DNA of 64,000 nt from a virus, in IMG/VR virus record IMGVR_UViG_3300018080_000112, positions 1 to 64,000 of that record; one strand, written 5' to 3'. The translations under genes and the position numbers were made by a program. Positions 9,647-18,484 of this stretch are shown one piece after another. The notes beneath the pieces were generated by a model that was not told the DNA's origin, ran no database searches, and worked only from the letters and a program-made list of their open reading frames with translations. How positions within the stretch are numbered: position 1 is the first letter of the stretch; each line of letters starts with the position of its first letter.

Positions 9647-10112
9647 CGCCTTTGCTCTCTTCTTCTTGTATCTTCCGGCGCTCCTCCATGACGTAACTCT
9701 GACCAATGACCCCTTTGCAGAACGCCATGTTTGGACCTTCGTGGGGACAGAACATGTAACCTTCCAGCGGTCCCTGGAAACTCATAGCCCACTCATCTTT
9801 CCATTCTTCCTTGGGGCGGTCCACTGTCTTACCGTCCTTGAAATCATGCTTGAAGCGAAAAAAGACCAGCCCCACATAATCGTACTTTTCAGAGAGGTTC
9901 TTGAGACCAATCAACAACGCCTCCGCGTTCTGAGAATAGGGATATACGTCCGTTCCCAGAACAGAAGCAACCCACTTGTCCAGATCCGCACCAGGTCCAA
10001 TCTCTTCCAGCGTCTTGTCCGTCGTTGGACACTTCTGTTGTAACGCCTCTTTGACAAGATCTCGTTCTGGTCGTACATACAAGGAATCATCCGGGTTTGG
10101 GATCAAACTCAT
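9624..10112 (-). CDS. Hypothetical protein
   Basis: GAGGAG RBS. Confidence 0.65.
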   Translation of the reverse strand: MSLIPNPDDSLYVRPERDLVKEALQQKCPTTDKTLEEIGPGADLDKWVASVLGTDVYPYSQNAEALLIGLKNLSEKYDYVGLVFFRFKHDFKDGKTVDRPKEEWKDEWAMSFQGPLEGYMFCPHEGPNMAFCKGVIGQSYVMEERRKIQEEESKGDDKQGKQ

Positions 10113-10236
10113 AATTGTTCTCCTCTATTGAAAGAAACTCTGACAAGCTCTCAAAAGGAAAGCCAGAACCAGACACATTACAACGCAGATACAACCTGCA
10201 ATAATTTCCGGCTCTTTGTCTAACATAACCACTCCG

Positions 10237-10490
10237 TCAAGGCTGTTGATCGCTAAATATTCCCGTCATAACGGCTGTTGATCGGACACGTAGTTCAAAG
10301 CAAGGCTGTTGATGTTGCTTACCTTCTGACTCAAAACTGTTGATCCTACATTGGAACTAAAGTAAAAACTTGTTGCAGTTATCAAGCAACGCAAGAACTG
10401 CAAAAATTGCCATCAGTATGCCCCAAGCATACATCAGTTTCTTCATCACCTCATCAAACGGCATTTCGTCACCCATTCAAGGCTGTTGAT
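10237..10490 (-). repeat. Short-repeat mini-array C (4 phased repeats plus one at 10477)
   Basis: CTGTTGAT-type repeats ending at 10250, 10282, 10313, 10344, 10490. Confidence 0.7.
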
Positions 10491-10505
10491 GGCAACGTAT
10501 CTCCT

Positions 10506-11402
10506 TTACGAGGCTGGCGCTACGAACACCGCACCATGATATTGCCAGTCATACGCAATTCGACCGTCACCATAGAAGATCAAGGTTCGAATGTTGTCAT
10601 GATCCGGCTCAAGGGTCAAACAATCCGACAGACACACATTTTGACCCTTCACATCGTAAATGGTCGCGCCGTGCGACAATGTCATCAGTTTCGCATGATC
10701 CGAAGCACCGACCCAATGATTGACGAATGTCAGATCTGACTCGTCTGGCGCATTGTCTTCCACATACGCCGCCACCCGTTTGTTTTCGTGGTCATTCGTG
10801 GCGCGAATCGGTCGAAGTGTCAGTTGAGCCACCTTGTGCTCACGACAAAAATCAATCACCTCCCGAACCCGCTTGGCGCTGTCAACCATATCTCTGTGCA
10901 TCATGATACAAAGGCGAATCGAGAACTCGAACTGATGCAGATACTGAATGATCGGAAGCAAGCCAGGATAGTCATCACCGTAGATTTTTCGGTTGTTCTC
11001 GTTGTGGATATCCACAGCAGACAATGCGATGGTATCCAGACCATTCACGTACCAATCATCTAAAACACGGTCAGTCAAATCCACGTCACTTCGTCCGCTG
11101 ATTGCGAGCTTTCCGATCTGTTTTCCGTTCGTTTGCAACTCGATCAGCGGAATATCAGGATGCAGATGCGACAGGTAATCGGTGATCTCCTCCGGGTACA
11201 ACGTAGGTTCTCCTTTGCCGGTCAAGAGAGCCGTCGTTGTTCCTCCTAGCTTTGCCAGCCGAATCGCTTTCCAGAGGTTCCGCACATTGATCTCTCGATT
11301 GCGCGGTATCTCCTCATAACCGGTTTGTTTGGACACACAGAACGGACAAACCGCGTCACAAGCTTGTGTCCCGACCACCACGCTCAACGTTTGAATCTTC
11401 AT
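10506..11402 (-). CDS. Radical SAM protein
   Basis: CDAVCPFC (CxxxCxxC), TGKGEPTL, LQTNG. Confidence 0.9.
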   Translation of the reverse strand: MKIQTLSVVVGTQACDAVCPFCVSKQTGYEEIPRNREINVRNLWKAIRLAKLGGTTTALLTGKGEPTLYPEEITDYLSHLHPDIPLIELQTNGKQIGKLAISGRSDVDLTDRVLDDWYVNGLDTIALSAVDIHNENNRKIYGDDYPGLLPIIQYLHQFEFSIRLCIMMHRDMVDSAKRVREVIDFCREHKVAQLTLRPIRATNDHENKRVAAYVEDNAPDESDLTFVNHWVGASDHAKLMTLSHGATIYDVKGQNVCLSDCLTLEPDHDNIRTLIFYGDGRIAYDWQYHGAVFVAPAS

Positions 11403-11428
11403 CTTTGTTTCTCCCCTGTACTCTTCGG

Positions 11429-12190
11429 TTATCTGTTCACCGCCGGACCAATGTAGGTTCCGTGTGGGTCCTCATTTTCTTGCAGTTCGCGCCCAATATC
11501 CAGCATCAACTCCTGAAGGCTCTGGAAGATGCGAAAGACCTTTTCCAGCGGAAAATCCACATCCGCCAGCCGTTTCCGGGCGTCATCAGAGGCGCTATCT
11601 GTTCCCTCTGTTCCATGCAAAACCTTTGAGAGACCCACAAGCTGTTTGTTCAATCCAGGAATGTATCGGTCCAGAAGGCGCTGTCTGGCTGTTGAGTTAC
11701 CAAGGTCCGCTTCTTCAACAATGCGAGTCGCAACATGCAACCGGTCAGCGAAAGCGATGATCCATGTTTCGATGGACGTGTTGTCTTTGTCATACTCCTC
11801 CGCCATATCTGACAAATACAACGGAAGCTTCTCTTTGTGGTGCTCTTCTCGCATCATATCAAAAGAAGCTTGCTCCATCTTCTGGCGAAGGTCCAGGTCA
11901 TAGCGCTTGAACGTTATCACCAGGTCCCCAGAGATTGATTCTGGGAGGTCATGGAGGAGCGCAAGGCTCAAGAGCCGCCCTTTGTCATACGCGCCCGGAA
12001 ATAGCTCTTCCGCGATGATTAAGCTGTACAACGCCACATAGTAAGAATGTTCCGCCACATTGTCTTTGCGCCGGAACTTGAACGTCGCATATCGGTCCAC
12101 AAAAGCAAGGTTGTTCACACTCCCTCGGACCAGTGCGCGGAACAAATCTTTTCTCTCTCGATTCTCTTGTGCTTCTTTCTCACTACTCAT
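11429..12190 (-). CDS. HD-domain 5'-deoxynucleotidase (YfbR-like)
   Basis: NVAEHSYYVA, ALLHDLPESISGD, FADRL. Confidence 0.85.
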   Translation of the reverse strand: MSSEKEAQENRERKDLFRALVRGSVNNLAFVDRYATFKFRRKDNVAEHSYYVALYSLIIAEELFPGAYDKGRLLSLALLHDLPESISGDLVITFKRYDLDLRQKMEQASFDMMREEHHKEKLPLYLSDMAEEYDKDNTSIETWIIAFADRLHVATRIVEEADLGNSTARQRLLDRYIPGLNKQLVGLSKVLHGTEGTDSASDDARKRLADVDFPLEKVFRIFQSLQELMLDIGRELQENEDPHGTYIGPAVNR

Positions 12191-12473
12191 TTGATTTTCC
12201 CTTTATAGCTTGTGGTATTTCAGTCATTTCCTCTTTTCCCTTTATGGCGTTTGCAATTTCGGTCATACCTTCTCTGATTTGCTGCGCGGTTAGAACTCCA
12301 ACTTCTTCCTTTGTCATAGCTTGAACGAGCGCGACAACATTCTCAGGATTGTCGCGGGGATACTCGCACCCGAATTCACCAGAAAGGAGCAACACAGCAT
12401 GACGAAAATAGCGAGATACCGTATTTTCTGCATGGGTCTGAATGGCGTCACAGTTTGACCGAATTCTGTTCAT
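12183..12473 (-). CDS. Hypothetical protein
   Basis: GAGG RBS; follows a class A promoter motif. Confidence 0.55.
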   Translation of the reverse strand: MNRIRSNCDAIQTHAENTVSRYFRHAVLLLSGEFGCEYPRDNPENVVALVQAMTKEEVGVLTAQQIREGMTEIANAIKGKEEMTEIPQAIKGKSNE

Positions 12474-12591
12474 CTTCTTACCTCACCTGAAAATTTTAAT
12501 TTTGAACTCTCACGTTTCACCTATAGAGACACACTTTTTCCCAAAAGCGCACCACGGAATCTTAATTTTCTTTGATAATTATGAAGAAAGG

Positions 12592-12819
12592 TCAGTCGTA
12601 GTCGATGTAATCATCCAGCCCACGGTCTATCAGAATCCAATTCGGACAATCAAATTGTTCCTCTTCCCCTTCCGTAACCTCAAAGAGACCGTCACACTTG
12701 ATGAATGGAAACCAGGCGCGTTCTCCGTCTTCAAGCTCTATCAATGCTGATGCTTCCGTTGTTGCCACAACTTCCGCTACTTTCAATATTGTGCTTCCCT
12801 CATCTTCAAAGGACATCAT
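12592..12819 (-). CDS. Hypothetical protein
   Basis: GGGAGG RBS. Confidence 0.55.
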   Translation of the reverse strand: MMSFEDEGSTILKVAEVVATTEASALIELEDGERAWFPFIKCDGLFEVTEGEEEQFDCPNWILIDRGLDDYIDYD

Positions 12820-12967
12820 AACCTCCCTTGTCGAATGTTAGGTCCTAACTCACCGCCCAAAAAGGAAATGCCATCCAACCAAGATGGCATTCCACAAACG
12901 AAGGAGTCTCAGCAAAATGACAAACAGCCAAACTGACTGTCTTTGAACCGATGTGGTACGCACCGGC

Positions 12968-13348
12968 TCAATACAAAAAGGGCTTTTCCAGCCCAACCCC
13001 CAACCGTGAACAAACACACTCAAATTCCTTGTCACCCTTCTTATAAGACATGACACAGTATCGTGCTTCTGACAGGTCGTGGTAGGTGAGATCTTCAAAT
13101 CCATCTTGTTGCTGTTTCATCTCCAACCAATCATGTTCCTTCTCGAACCGCTGTCCAGGGGAAAGCTCTCCGAATCGTTCAAGATACTCATCTTTCTCTT
13201 TTCTCAATGCCTCTGATTGTGCTCTCAACTCTTTGATCTTTGTCTGCGCCTCTTTCTCGTCTTGTGAGGACCACAACAAACCTTCAATCCCGTCAAAATT
13301 AACACGCACAACCACAAAGGTCTCCACGAGTGTTGTATCTTGACTCAT
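12968..13348 (-). CDS. Hypothetical protein
   Basis: ORF in the minus-strand run. Confidence 0.6.
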   Translation of the reverse strand: MSQDTTLVETFVVVRVNFDGIEGLLWSSQDEKEAQTKIKELRAQSEALRKEKDEYLERFGELSPGQRFEKEHDWLEMKQQQDGFEDLTYHDLSEARYCVMSYKKGDKEFECVCSRLGVGLEKPFLY

Positions 13349-13351
13349 TCC

Positions 13352-13702
13352 CTAATAACCCCTGTCATGACCTTGGCGATCCCGGTTATATCGGATTTTA
13401 ACGATTGTCAACAATTGGACCGCCTCTTTTCGCAACTCAGCCAATCTCTCCTCCGCTATGGCTACGTTGCCAAGCAAGATCTCCAGAACGTTATGCTCGT
13501 TTCGTGCTCGCTGGCGACGCAACACACCACCAGCCCATTGGACTCGCTCAAGAGCATCCGCAACATCTTCTCCCTTCCGATAGAGAAGGTCATACATATC
13601 ATCAACAGGACCGCTGTTACTCAAAATCTCAACCTCTTCTGGTTCCTCGTGCCGGTTACGATGCTCTGGTTCTCGTTTGTCAGCCCCTGTCATTTTCGGC
13701 AT
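13352..13702 (-). CDS. Hypothetical protein
   Basis: ORF in the minus-strand run. Confidence 0.55.
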   Translation of the reverse strand: MPKMTGADKREPEHRNRHEEPEEVEILSNSGPVDDMYDLLYRKGEDVADALERVQWAGGVLRRQRARNEHNVLEILLGNVAIAEERLAELRKEAVQLLTIVKIRYNRDRQGHDRGY

Positions 13703-13973
13703 CCTCTCGCTTGATTGTAGCCTTCCAATAACGTTTGTGATTCTTGTACTCCGAAAAAACTTTTATCCGACTGTGTCCCTTCTTTCGAATGGATCGAAAC
13801 AACATACCAACCTGATTCGGTGTGTATGCGCTACTCAAAGCGTTCGACCATTCACCCCCACACATACAGGTCTCTTCCAGGTTCTGAGAGGTTAAATAGG
13901 TGAAGATTGCGTCACCATATAGCTCAGCCAGTTCCGTTGCTGGTCTCTCCGGGTCTGTGCTCAAGCGTGCCAT
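13680..13973 (-). CDS. Hypothetical protein
   Basis: ORF in the minus-strand run. Confidence 0.5.
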   Translation of the reverse strand: MARLSTDPERPATELAELYGDAIFTYLTSQNLEETCMCGGEWSNALSSAYTPNQVGMLFRSIRKKGHSRIKVFSEYKNHKRYWKATIKREDAENDRG

Positions 13974-14214
13974 CCTTTTGCTCCTCTGGGGGGTCCTCTC
14001 GTGGCGCTACTTCCTTTGTGTGCGTCAAGAAAATTGTTGCCAGTCTGTTCATTTCACCATACGCATCCCGGCGGTTCTTTGCAGTTTTGTACCAGCAACC
14101 CTGGTCATATTCGTAATCAGCGGAAAGTAGCGCGTCATTCAGCCGCTGATTTGACGGATCTGCAAAGACAGTGATTTTGTGATTCGTGATGATTGTAATT
14201 GTTTCGGGTTCCAT
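13924..14214 (-). CDS. Hypothetical protein
   Basis: ORF in the minus-strand run. Confidence 0.5.
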   Translation of the reverse strand: MEPETITIITNHKITVFADPSNQRLNDALLSADYEYDQGCWYKTAKNRRDAYGEMNRLATIFLTHTKEVAPREDPPEEQKDGTLEHRPGETSNGTG

Positions 14215-14912
14215 GTGATACGCTCCGAATCAAGAAAGGGTCTCTTTGGGTATAAGAAATATCACGACCTGAAGCAAGCTGAATTACGAGTCCAACAAAT
14301 CTATCCGCGCATTTGTCTTCTCTGTGGGAAACATAATCACACCAAAAATACGGGTCAGAGAATGCATCTCGGTGACTACATCTGTCTGTTTCTGCAAATT
14401 CTTGCACCAGAAGCTTTGTGTGGTTCCATGTGCAATCTGGCGCGTCTGTTTGGCGTAACCCATTCGAGCTAACTGTGAAGGTACTCGGATATCACAGCCG
14501 TCCGGCAACACCACATGAATTTGGGGCAACTGTAACGCATCTGTGGTCACAAACGTTATTTGATGAATTGGGAACGTCATTTCTTTGTCTCCTTGTGTTA
14601 CTCATTTTACCTCTGTGTAATAGAGACACATCAAAGATCAAAACGGAACCAGTAGACAATAAAAAAAGCCGGAGAAGGTTTGTCCTTCCCCGGCTCACTG
14701 CCAACTGGCTCGCTCTAGCCAGTCATCGTAGAGGTGTGTTGTCTGTCAAAACATGAACATTGTTTCCAGGATCTCGCATGCTTCCTTGATGCCGTCGTTG
14801 CATTCGAGATAGGTGCGAAACAATTCCCAGAGAACCAGGAGCACGACAATGACAAGAAGGACCAGCAAAAGCTTCCAGGCTGTTGACCGACTCATCACTT
14901 GCTCCTGTTATT

Positions 14913-15323
14913 TGGAGATGGCGGGATTCGAACCCGCGTCTTGAAACGTCGCTGTAAACGACTCTACGTGTGTAGTCAATCCTTCGTTTCCTTCACCACC
15001 AGAGTCATCAGATTGACAGATTCTCTGGTCAGCTACATCTCATAGTTTAGCCAGCACTAGCGAGATATTCCAGTCGCAGGCGATCTCGTGTATTTTTGCG
15101 TTTCCAGCAAGCCCACAAGCGAACTCACTGGACCCGTGGCGGTCACGCCGCCATTGCCACCGGTTGTTCCACCCGGTAATCCGCCATACTGACGACCTTA
15201 CCAGACGAACGATGTGATTTATTATCGTTGGCAGTTATCAAGTTTTCAGGTTTTTACAGAGCCTCCTGAACCTCTGACACGCATCGGATACCACTCCGCC
15301 CCAATCGATACCAAGTCATCCCC
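14913..15323 (-). ncRNA. ssrA: tmRNA
   Basis: 5' GGGGATG pairs with 3' CATCTCC-A, giving G3-U70. T arm GCGGGTTCGAATCCCGC. Tag frame 15232-15143 follows ATAACT and encodes ANDNKSHRSSGKVVSMADYRVEQPVAMAA*. Confidence 0.92.
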
Positions 15324-15421
15324 TGGAGCCGGAGAGCGGAGTTTCACCGCTATCTGTGATCTTTGGGGAGATCAACCCCCAACAGACTGTGCGCCGCTCA
15401 ACGCAGCAACAGCACTCCGGC
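15324..15421 (-). ncRNA. Atypical tRNA-like RNA with encoded CCA
   Basis: Acceptor GCCGGAG/CTCCGGC followed by TCCA; T-like arm AGCGG-TGAAACT-CCGCT; no canonical anticodon loop. Confidence 0.6.
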
Positions 15422-15425
15422 AGAA

Positions 15426-15560
15426 TGTCGAGTTAAGGTGAGAGTCAAACAAGTCGTTGTTCTACCACTAAACTATCCCCCGGTAAAATCGGGGGACCTG
15501 GATTCGAACCAGGGTCTACGGAGTCGCATTCTATCTGTAATGACTCTGCAGTTCTCGACA
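15426..15560 (-). ncRNA. YrlA-like Y RNA (terminal stem plus permuted tRNA-like domain)
   Basis: Outer stems TGTCGAG/CTCGACA and AGAGTCA/TGACTCT enclose a T arm (CCTGGTTCGAATCCAGG), a loop-closed acceptor stem and then a D arm (TAGTTTAGTGGTAGAAC). Confidence 0.7.
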
Positions 15561-15631
15561 AAGTGTGTATTCGTTTTTCAAAGATACCAAGCTATAGAAC
15601 CATACGAGGATCTACCATCTTCGGTTTGAAA

Positions 15632-15847
15632 TCAAGCCCCCGGAACACCTGTGTAATCGTAGTGCTGGTCACCACGACAGAAGTTCAGCGCATTTGCCAA
15701 CGCGGTGTTTGGGGGGTTTCCCATCGAAAGAAAAAACAAGGTCGCATCCTTCAGCCGCAAAACATCATTCTGTTCCGTTTCGAACGCATCCAGGTTTGAC
15801 TTCCATTCTTCGACCGTGATTCCTTTTTTCTCTTCTTCCTCGTTCAT
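15632..15847 (-). CDS. Hypothetical protein
   Basis: GAGGAAGG RBS. Confidence 0.55.
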   Translation of the reverse strand: MNEEEEKKGITVEEWKSNLDAFETEQNDVLRLKDATLFFLSMGNPPNTALANALNFCRGDQHYDYTGVPGA

Positions 15848-15908
15848 GATCTTTCCTTCCTCTCGGTTGTTGACAAAATCAAGGCTGTCAATCCTCTCGG
15901 TTTTTCAG

Positions 15909-16430
15909 TTACTGGTTCTTGTACAGACGGCTCTCCACGGGTTCCGTGGTATTGGAGTCCTGGTATCGACCTTCGTACTCTATCCCGGTATCACCACAAA
16001 CTGCATGAAAAGAGATCTGACAAATCCGTATATTAGGATAAATAATGACAGGATGCAAACAGGCAAGTTCTAACGTCCACCGACCCCGGAAACCAACATC
16101 ACCAAAACCAGCCGTGATGTGAACGAAGATACCTAAACGACCCACAGAAGAGCGACCGTCAAGGCGCGGAACCAGGTCCCGCGTCTCTGTGTATTCGTTC
16201 GTAGATGCCAGGTACAACCGCCCTGGTTCCAGCATGAGACCAGACTCCGGAATTGTTATGAGCTTGGTCTCATTCTGTCCCTTCGCATCCAGCGGAAACT
16301 GGTCATAGACCTTCAACTGGTTACTCAAAGAGAGGTTGTAGCTGTTCGGGTTCAGGTGCTCCTCTTCGAAGGGTTCAATGATAATGTCACCGCCAAGGCG
16401 TTTTCGGATTTCATCTCCTGAAAGAATCAA
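15909..16430 (-). CDS. dcd: dCTP deaminase
   Basis: NPNSYNL, GRSSVGRLG, AGFGDVGFRGRWTLE, RICQISF, GRYQ. Confidence 0.93.
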   Translation of the reverse strand: MILSGDEIRKRLGGDIIIEPFEEEHLNPNSYNLSLSNQLKVYDQFPLDAKGQNETKLITIPESGLMLEPGRLYLASTNEYTETRDLVPRLDGRSSVGRLGIFVHITAGFGDVGFRGRWTLELACLHPVIIYPNIRICQISFHAVCGDTGIEYEGRYQDSNTTEPVESRLYKNQ

Positions 16431-16795
16431 AATGGACCTCCGTACTTCGTCACAGCGCCGCGACCTCGACCACCCTGGTTTCTCTTTGCTGGCATTGGAG
16501 AAGCTTGTACTGGTGCTGGTGCTGGTATGAAAGAGTTGTCAAGAAATGCACTGTCTTGTTGCGGACCTTGTTCGCCTTGCAGCGTGTACTGTACTTCTTT
16601 GCTGAACACTACAACAGCATGTGTTTCTTGCACAAGAAAAATGTTCTCACCAGACAACGCTCCCATCTGGACCCGTTGGTTGATCCAGGTGCGAGCTTCG
16701 TCCTTGTCCTGGAACTCTGGATGGTTCCCTACTTTCTTGTATGTGGGGTCAAGACCACCGGCGCTATAAAGAATCTCAAGCTTCTTTTCAATCAT
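16427..16795 (-). CDS. Hypothetical protein
   Basis: GGAG RBS; overlaps the dcd start. Confidence 0.6.
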   Translation of the reverse strand: MIEKKLEILYSAGGLDPTYKKVGNHPEFQDKDEARTWINQRVQMGALSGENIFLVQETHAVVVFSKEVQYTLQGEQGPQQDSAFLDNSFIPAPAPVQASPMPAKRNQGGRGRGAVTKYGGPF

Positions 16796-16831
16796 GGTAA
16801 ATCTCCAAAGTTAGGTCCTAACATTCTAACA

Positions 16832-16924
16832 TTTCAGGCTGTTGGCGTAAGGCTGTCAACATGAAAGCTGATATCGTCTCAAAACGGTTGACTTAGGAGG
16901 ATCAGCATGTTCAAAGCTGTGGAC
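16832..16924 (-). repeat. Degenerate mini-array D, just downstream of the omegaRNA
   Basis: TCAGGCTGTTGGC, TCAAAACGGTTGAC, TCAAAGCTGTGGAC. Confidence 0.45.
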
Positions 16925-16959
16925 AAGGATTGAGGATAAAATTTTGCATCCCCCAAATA

Positions 16960-17256
16960 GGTGACCCCCGAAACGCTCAACAGCCAGATGACGTTCCGGG
17001 GGTCATTTGCTTAATCTAATAAGCCATCTCTGCGCCCTCTATGAGAGAACTAACAGGTGTTCGACCGGTGAAGGTCTAGTGAGCCTCGCCAATGCTAATA
17101 ATGCTTGTCACATGAGGTCGGTGTCAGTCAGTACGCCTTGAAGCACCCTGTGTTCCTTCCCCACGAAAGAGCCGGAAACTGGCTCGCGCATTCCGGGTTT
17201 CATGACAAAACTAGCGTAGTCCCCGAAGAGACTGAGGCTGGTCAACATCTGGCTGA
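16960..17256 (-). ncRNA. Stand-alone HEARO/omegaRNA scaffold lacking its 5' guide/GTCAAC strand, with an added 3' hairpin
   Basis: GTTGACCAGCCTCAGTCTCTTCGGGGACTACG..GTCATGAAACCCGGAATGCGCGAGCCAGTTTCCGGCTCTTTCG...TGACAAGC...CATTGGCGAGGCTCAC follows the HEARO motif order, including the GAGCC/GGCTC pseudoknot. Confidence 0.85.
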
Positions 17257-17267
17257 TAAAGAAAAAG

Positions 17268-17377
17268 TAGTGAGGGTAGGATTCGAACCTACATCTGCCG
17301 GTATTTTCACACCCGCCGACTTTCCAATCCGGATCAAGGGGGTCAGCATTACCTGACTCCTTTTAGACCACCTCACC
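17268..17377 (-). tRNA. tRNA-Ser(GGA)-like with an expanded D arm
   Basis: Acceptor GGTGAGG/CCTCACT; T arm GTAGGTTCGAATCCTAC; loop TTGGAAA; long variable arm; extra hairpin in the D arm. Confidence 0.6.
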
Positions 17378-17381
17378 TTAA

Positions 17382-17466
17382 TGGACCGTGATGGATCTGC
17401 ACCACCGACCTCCGAGAGTTTACCTTGCGGTCAGCCCCCGGCGCTCTACTGCTGAGCTAACGATCC
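17382..17466 (-). tRNA. tRNA-like gene whose anticodon arm ends in a GCAA-capped hairpin
   Basis: Acceptor GGATCGT/ACGGTCC; D arm GCTC-AGCAGTA-GAGC; T arm GGTGG-TGCAGAT-CCATC. Confidence 0.6.
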
Positions 17467-17602
17467 CCGTCCAGATGACTTGAAAACTTTTTATTCTTTT
17501 TTCAAACAACATGTATATAGAGACACACCCTACGTCAAAGTGTAACCACTTTTTTTTCAATAAAATTCCACTTTTTTATTCTCCCTTTGAAATCAACGAG
17601 TT

Positions 17603-17794
17603 TCAAGGCTGTTGACACCGGGCTAGTTGAAAAAAGGCTGTTGACTGCGATCTGCAAGACTCTCAAGGCTGTTGACAATGGGGAAATGCCCTTTCAAGGC
17701 TGTTGAGGGGGTGGCAAAGACCTGGCAAGACTGTTGATAGTTAGGTAGAGCGGGGGCACGGCTGTTGACCAGGATTAATGGACCGGCGGTTGAC
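17603..17794 (-). repeat. Short-repeat mini-array E (7 repeats)
   Basis: Repeat ends 17616, 17645, 17676, 17707, 17738, 17769, 17794. Confidence 0.85.
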
Positions 17795-17805
17795 AGAACG
17801 TAGAA

Positions 17806-18471
17806 TCAGAAATCGGTTTCTTGCATGTTGACCTGAACGACCTGTTTGACCGTCGCGCCGAACTTCTTCACCAGCCGGATAATGAAGTAATCACCACTTG
17901 GGAGTTCTCCCTTTTCCAGCCGGTTTTTGACCCATATGGTTGCTTCCGGGACACCAGGGAAGATCAGCGGATCTTCATCCGGTTCCACAACCGGGATCAA
18001 GATCTCGTCTTTGTATCTCGGAATCGGTTCTTCTGGGTTCGTTCCGCGCATCCGCTCCTCTGTGAGACCCAAGCTGAAAAGATGCTCGTCAAGAGGAAGA
18101 GAACGGTAGACCGTCACCTTCCCCAGAGAGCGACCCTTCTTCTTTGTCGCTTCGCCGTTCGCCTTTTTGGTTGTCTTTTTGGGTTCCTTCTCCGGAGGCG
18201 TGGACCCTTGACTTTGGGTCTCCGGTGCGGTCTCCTTTGTCTCAGTTGTAGATTCCGGCGAAGAACCTGTTCCCTCCTTGGTCTCGCCGGAGGTCTCACC
18301 TGTCTGTGGCGTCACCTTCTTGAACCCCGTCTTCTTTTTGCCAGCCGTCTCCGCTCCTGCAATCGGTTTTCCAGTTGGCATCGGTGCTTGTTTCACGTCT
18401 GGTTTGTCCTGACCTTCTTCCAAAAGTGATTGTTGGGTGTCTGGATCTGACATTCTTGTTCTCCCTTTCAT
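17806..18471 (-). CDS. Hypothetical protein with a low-complexity K/E/T N-terminus
   Basis: ORF track. Confidence 0.65.
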   Translation of the reverse strand: MKGRTRMSDPDTQQSLLEEGQDKPDVKQAPMPTGKPIAGAETAGKKKTGFKKVTPQTGETSGETKEGTGSSPESTTETKETAPETQSQGSTPPEKEPKKTTKKANGEATKKKGRSLGKVTVYRSLPLDEHLFSLGLTEERMRGTNPEEPIPRYKDEILIPVVEPDEDPLIFPGVPEATIWVKNRLEKGELPSGDYFIIRLVKKFGATVKQVVQVNMQETDF

Positions 18472-18484
18472 TGTTCATGACTGT

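Noticed and set aside
10205-10217. TTTCCGGCTCTTT matching 13 nt of the omegaRNA on the opposite strand
   Set aside because: A single short match with no other scaffold motifs; probably chance.
14877-14887. Solitary GGCTGTTGAC copies (14877, 49203, 7331)
   Set aside because: Not arrayed, and one lies within a probable small membrane-protein ORF; they cannot be called guide units.
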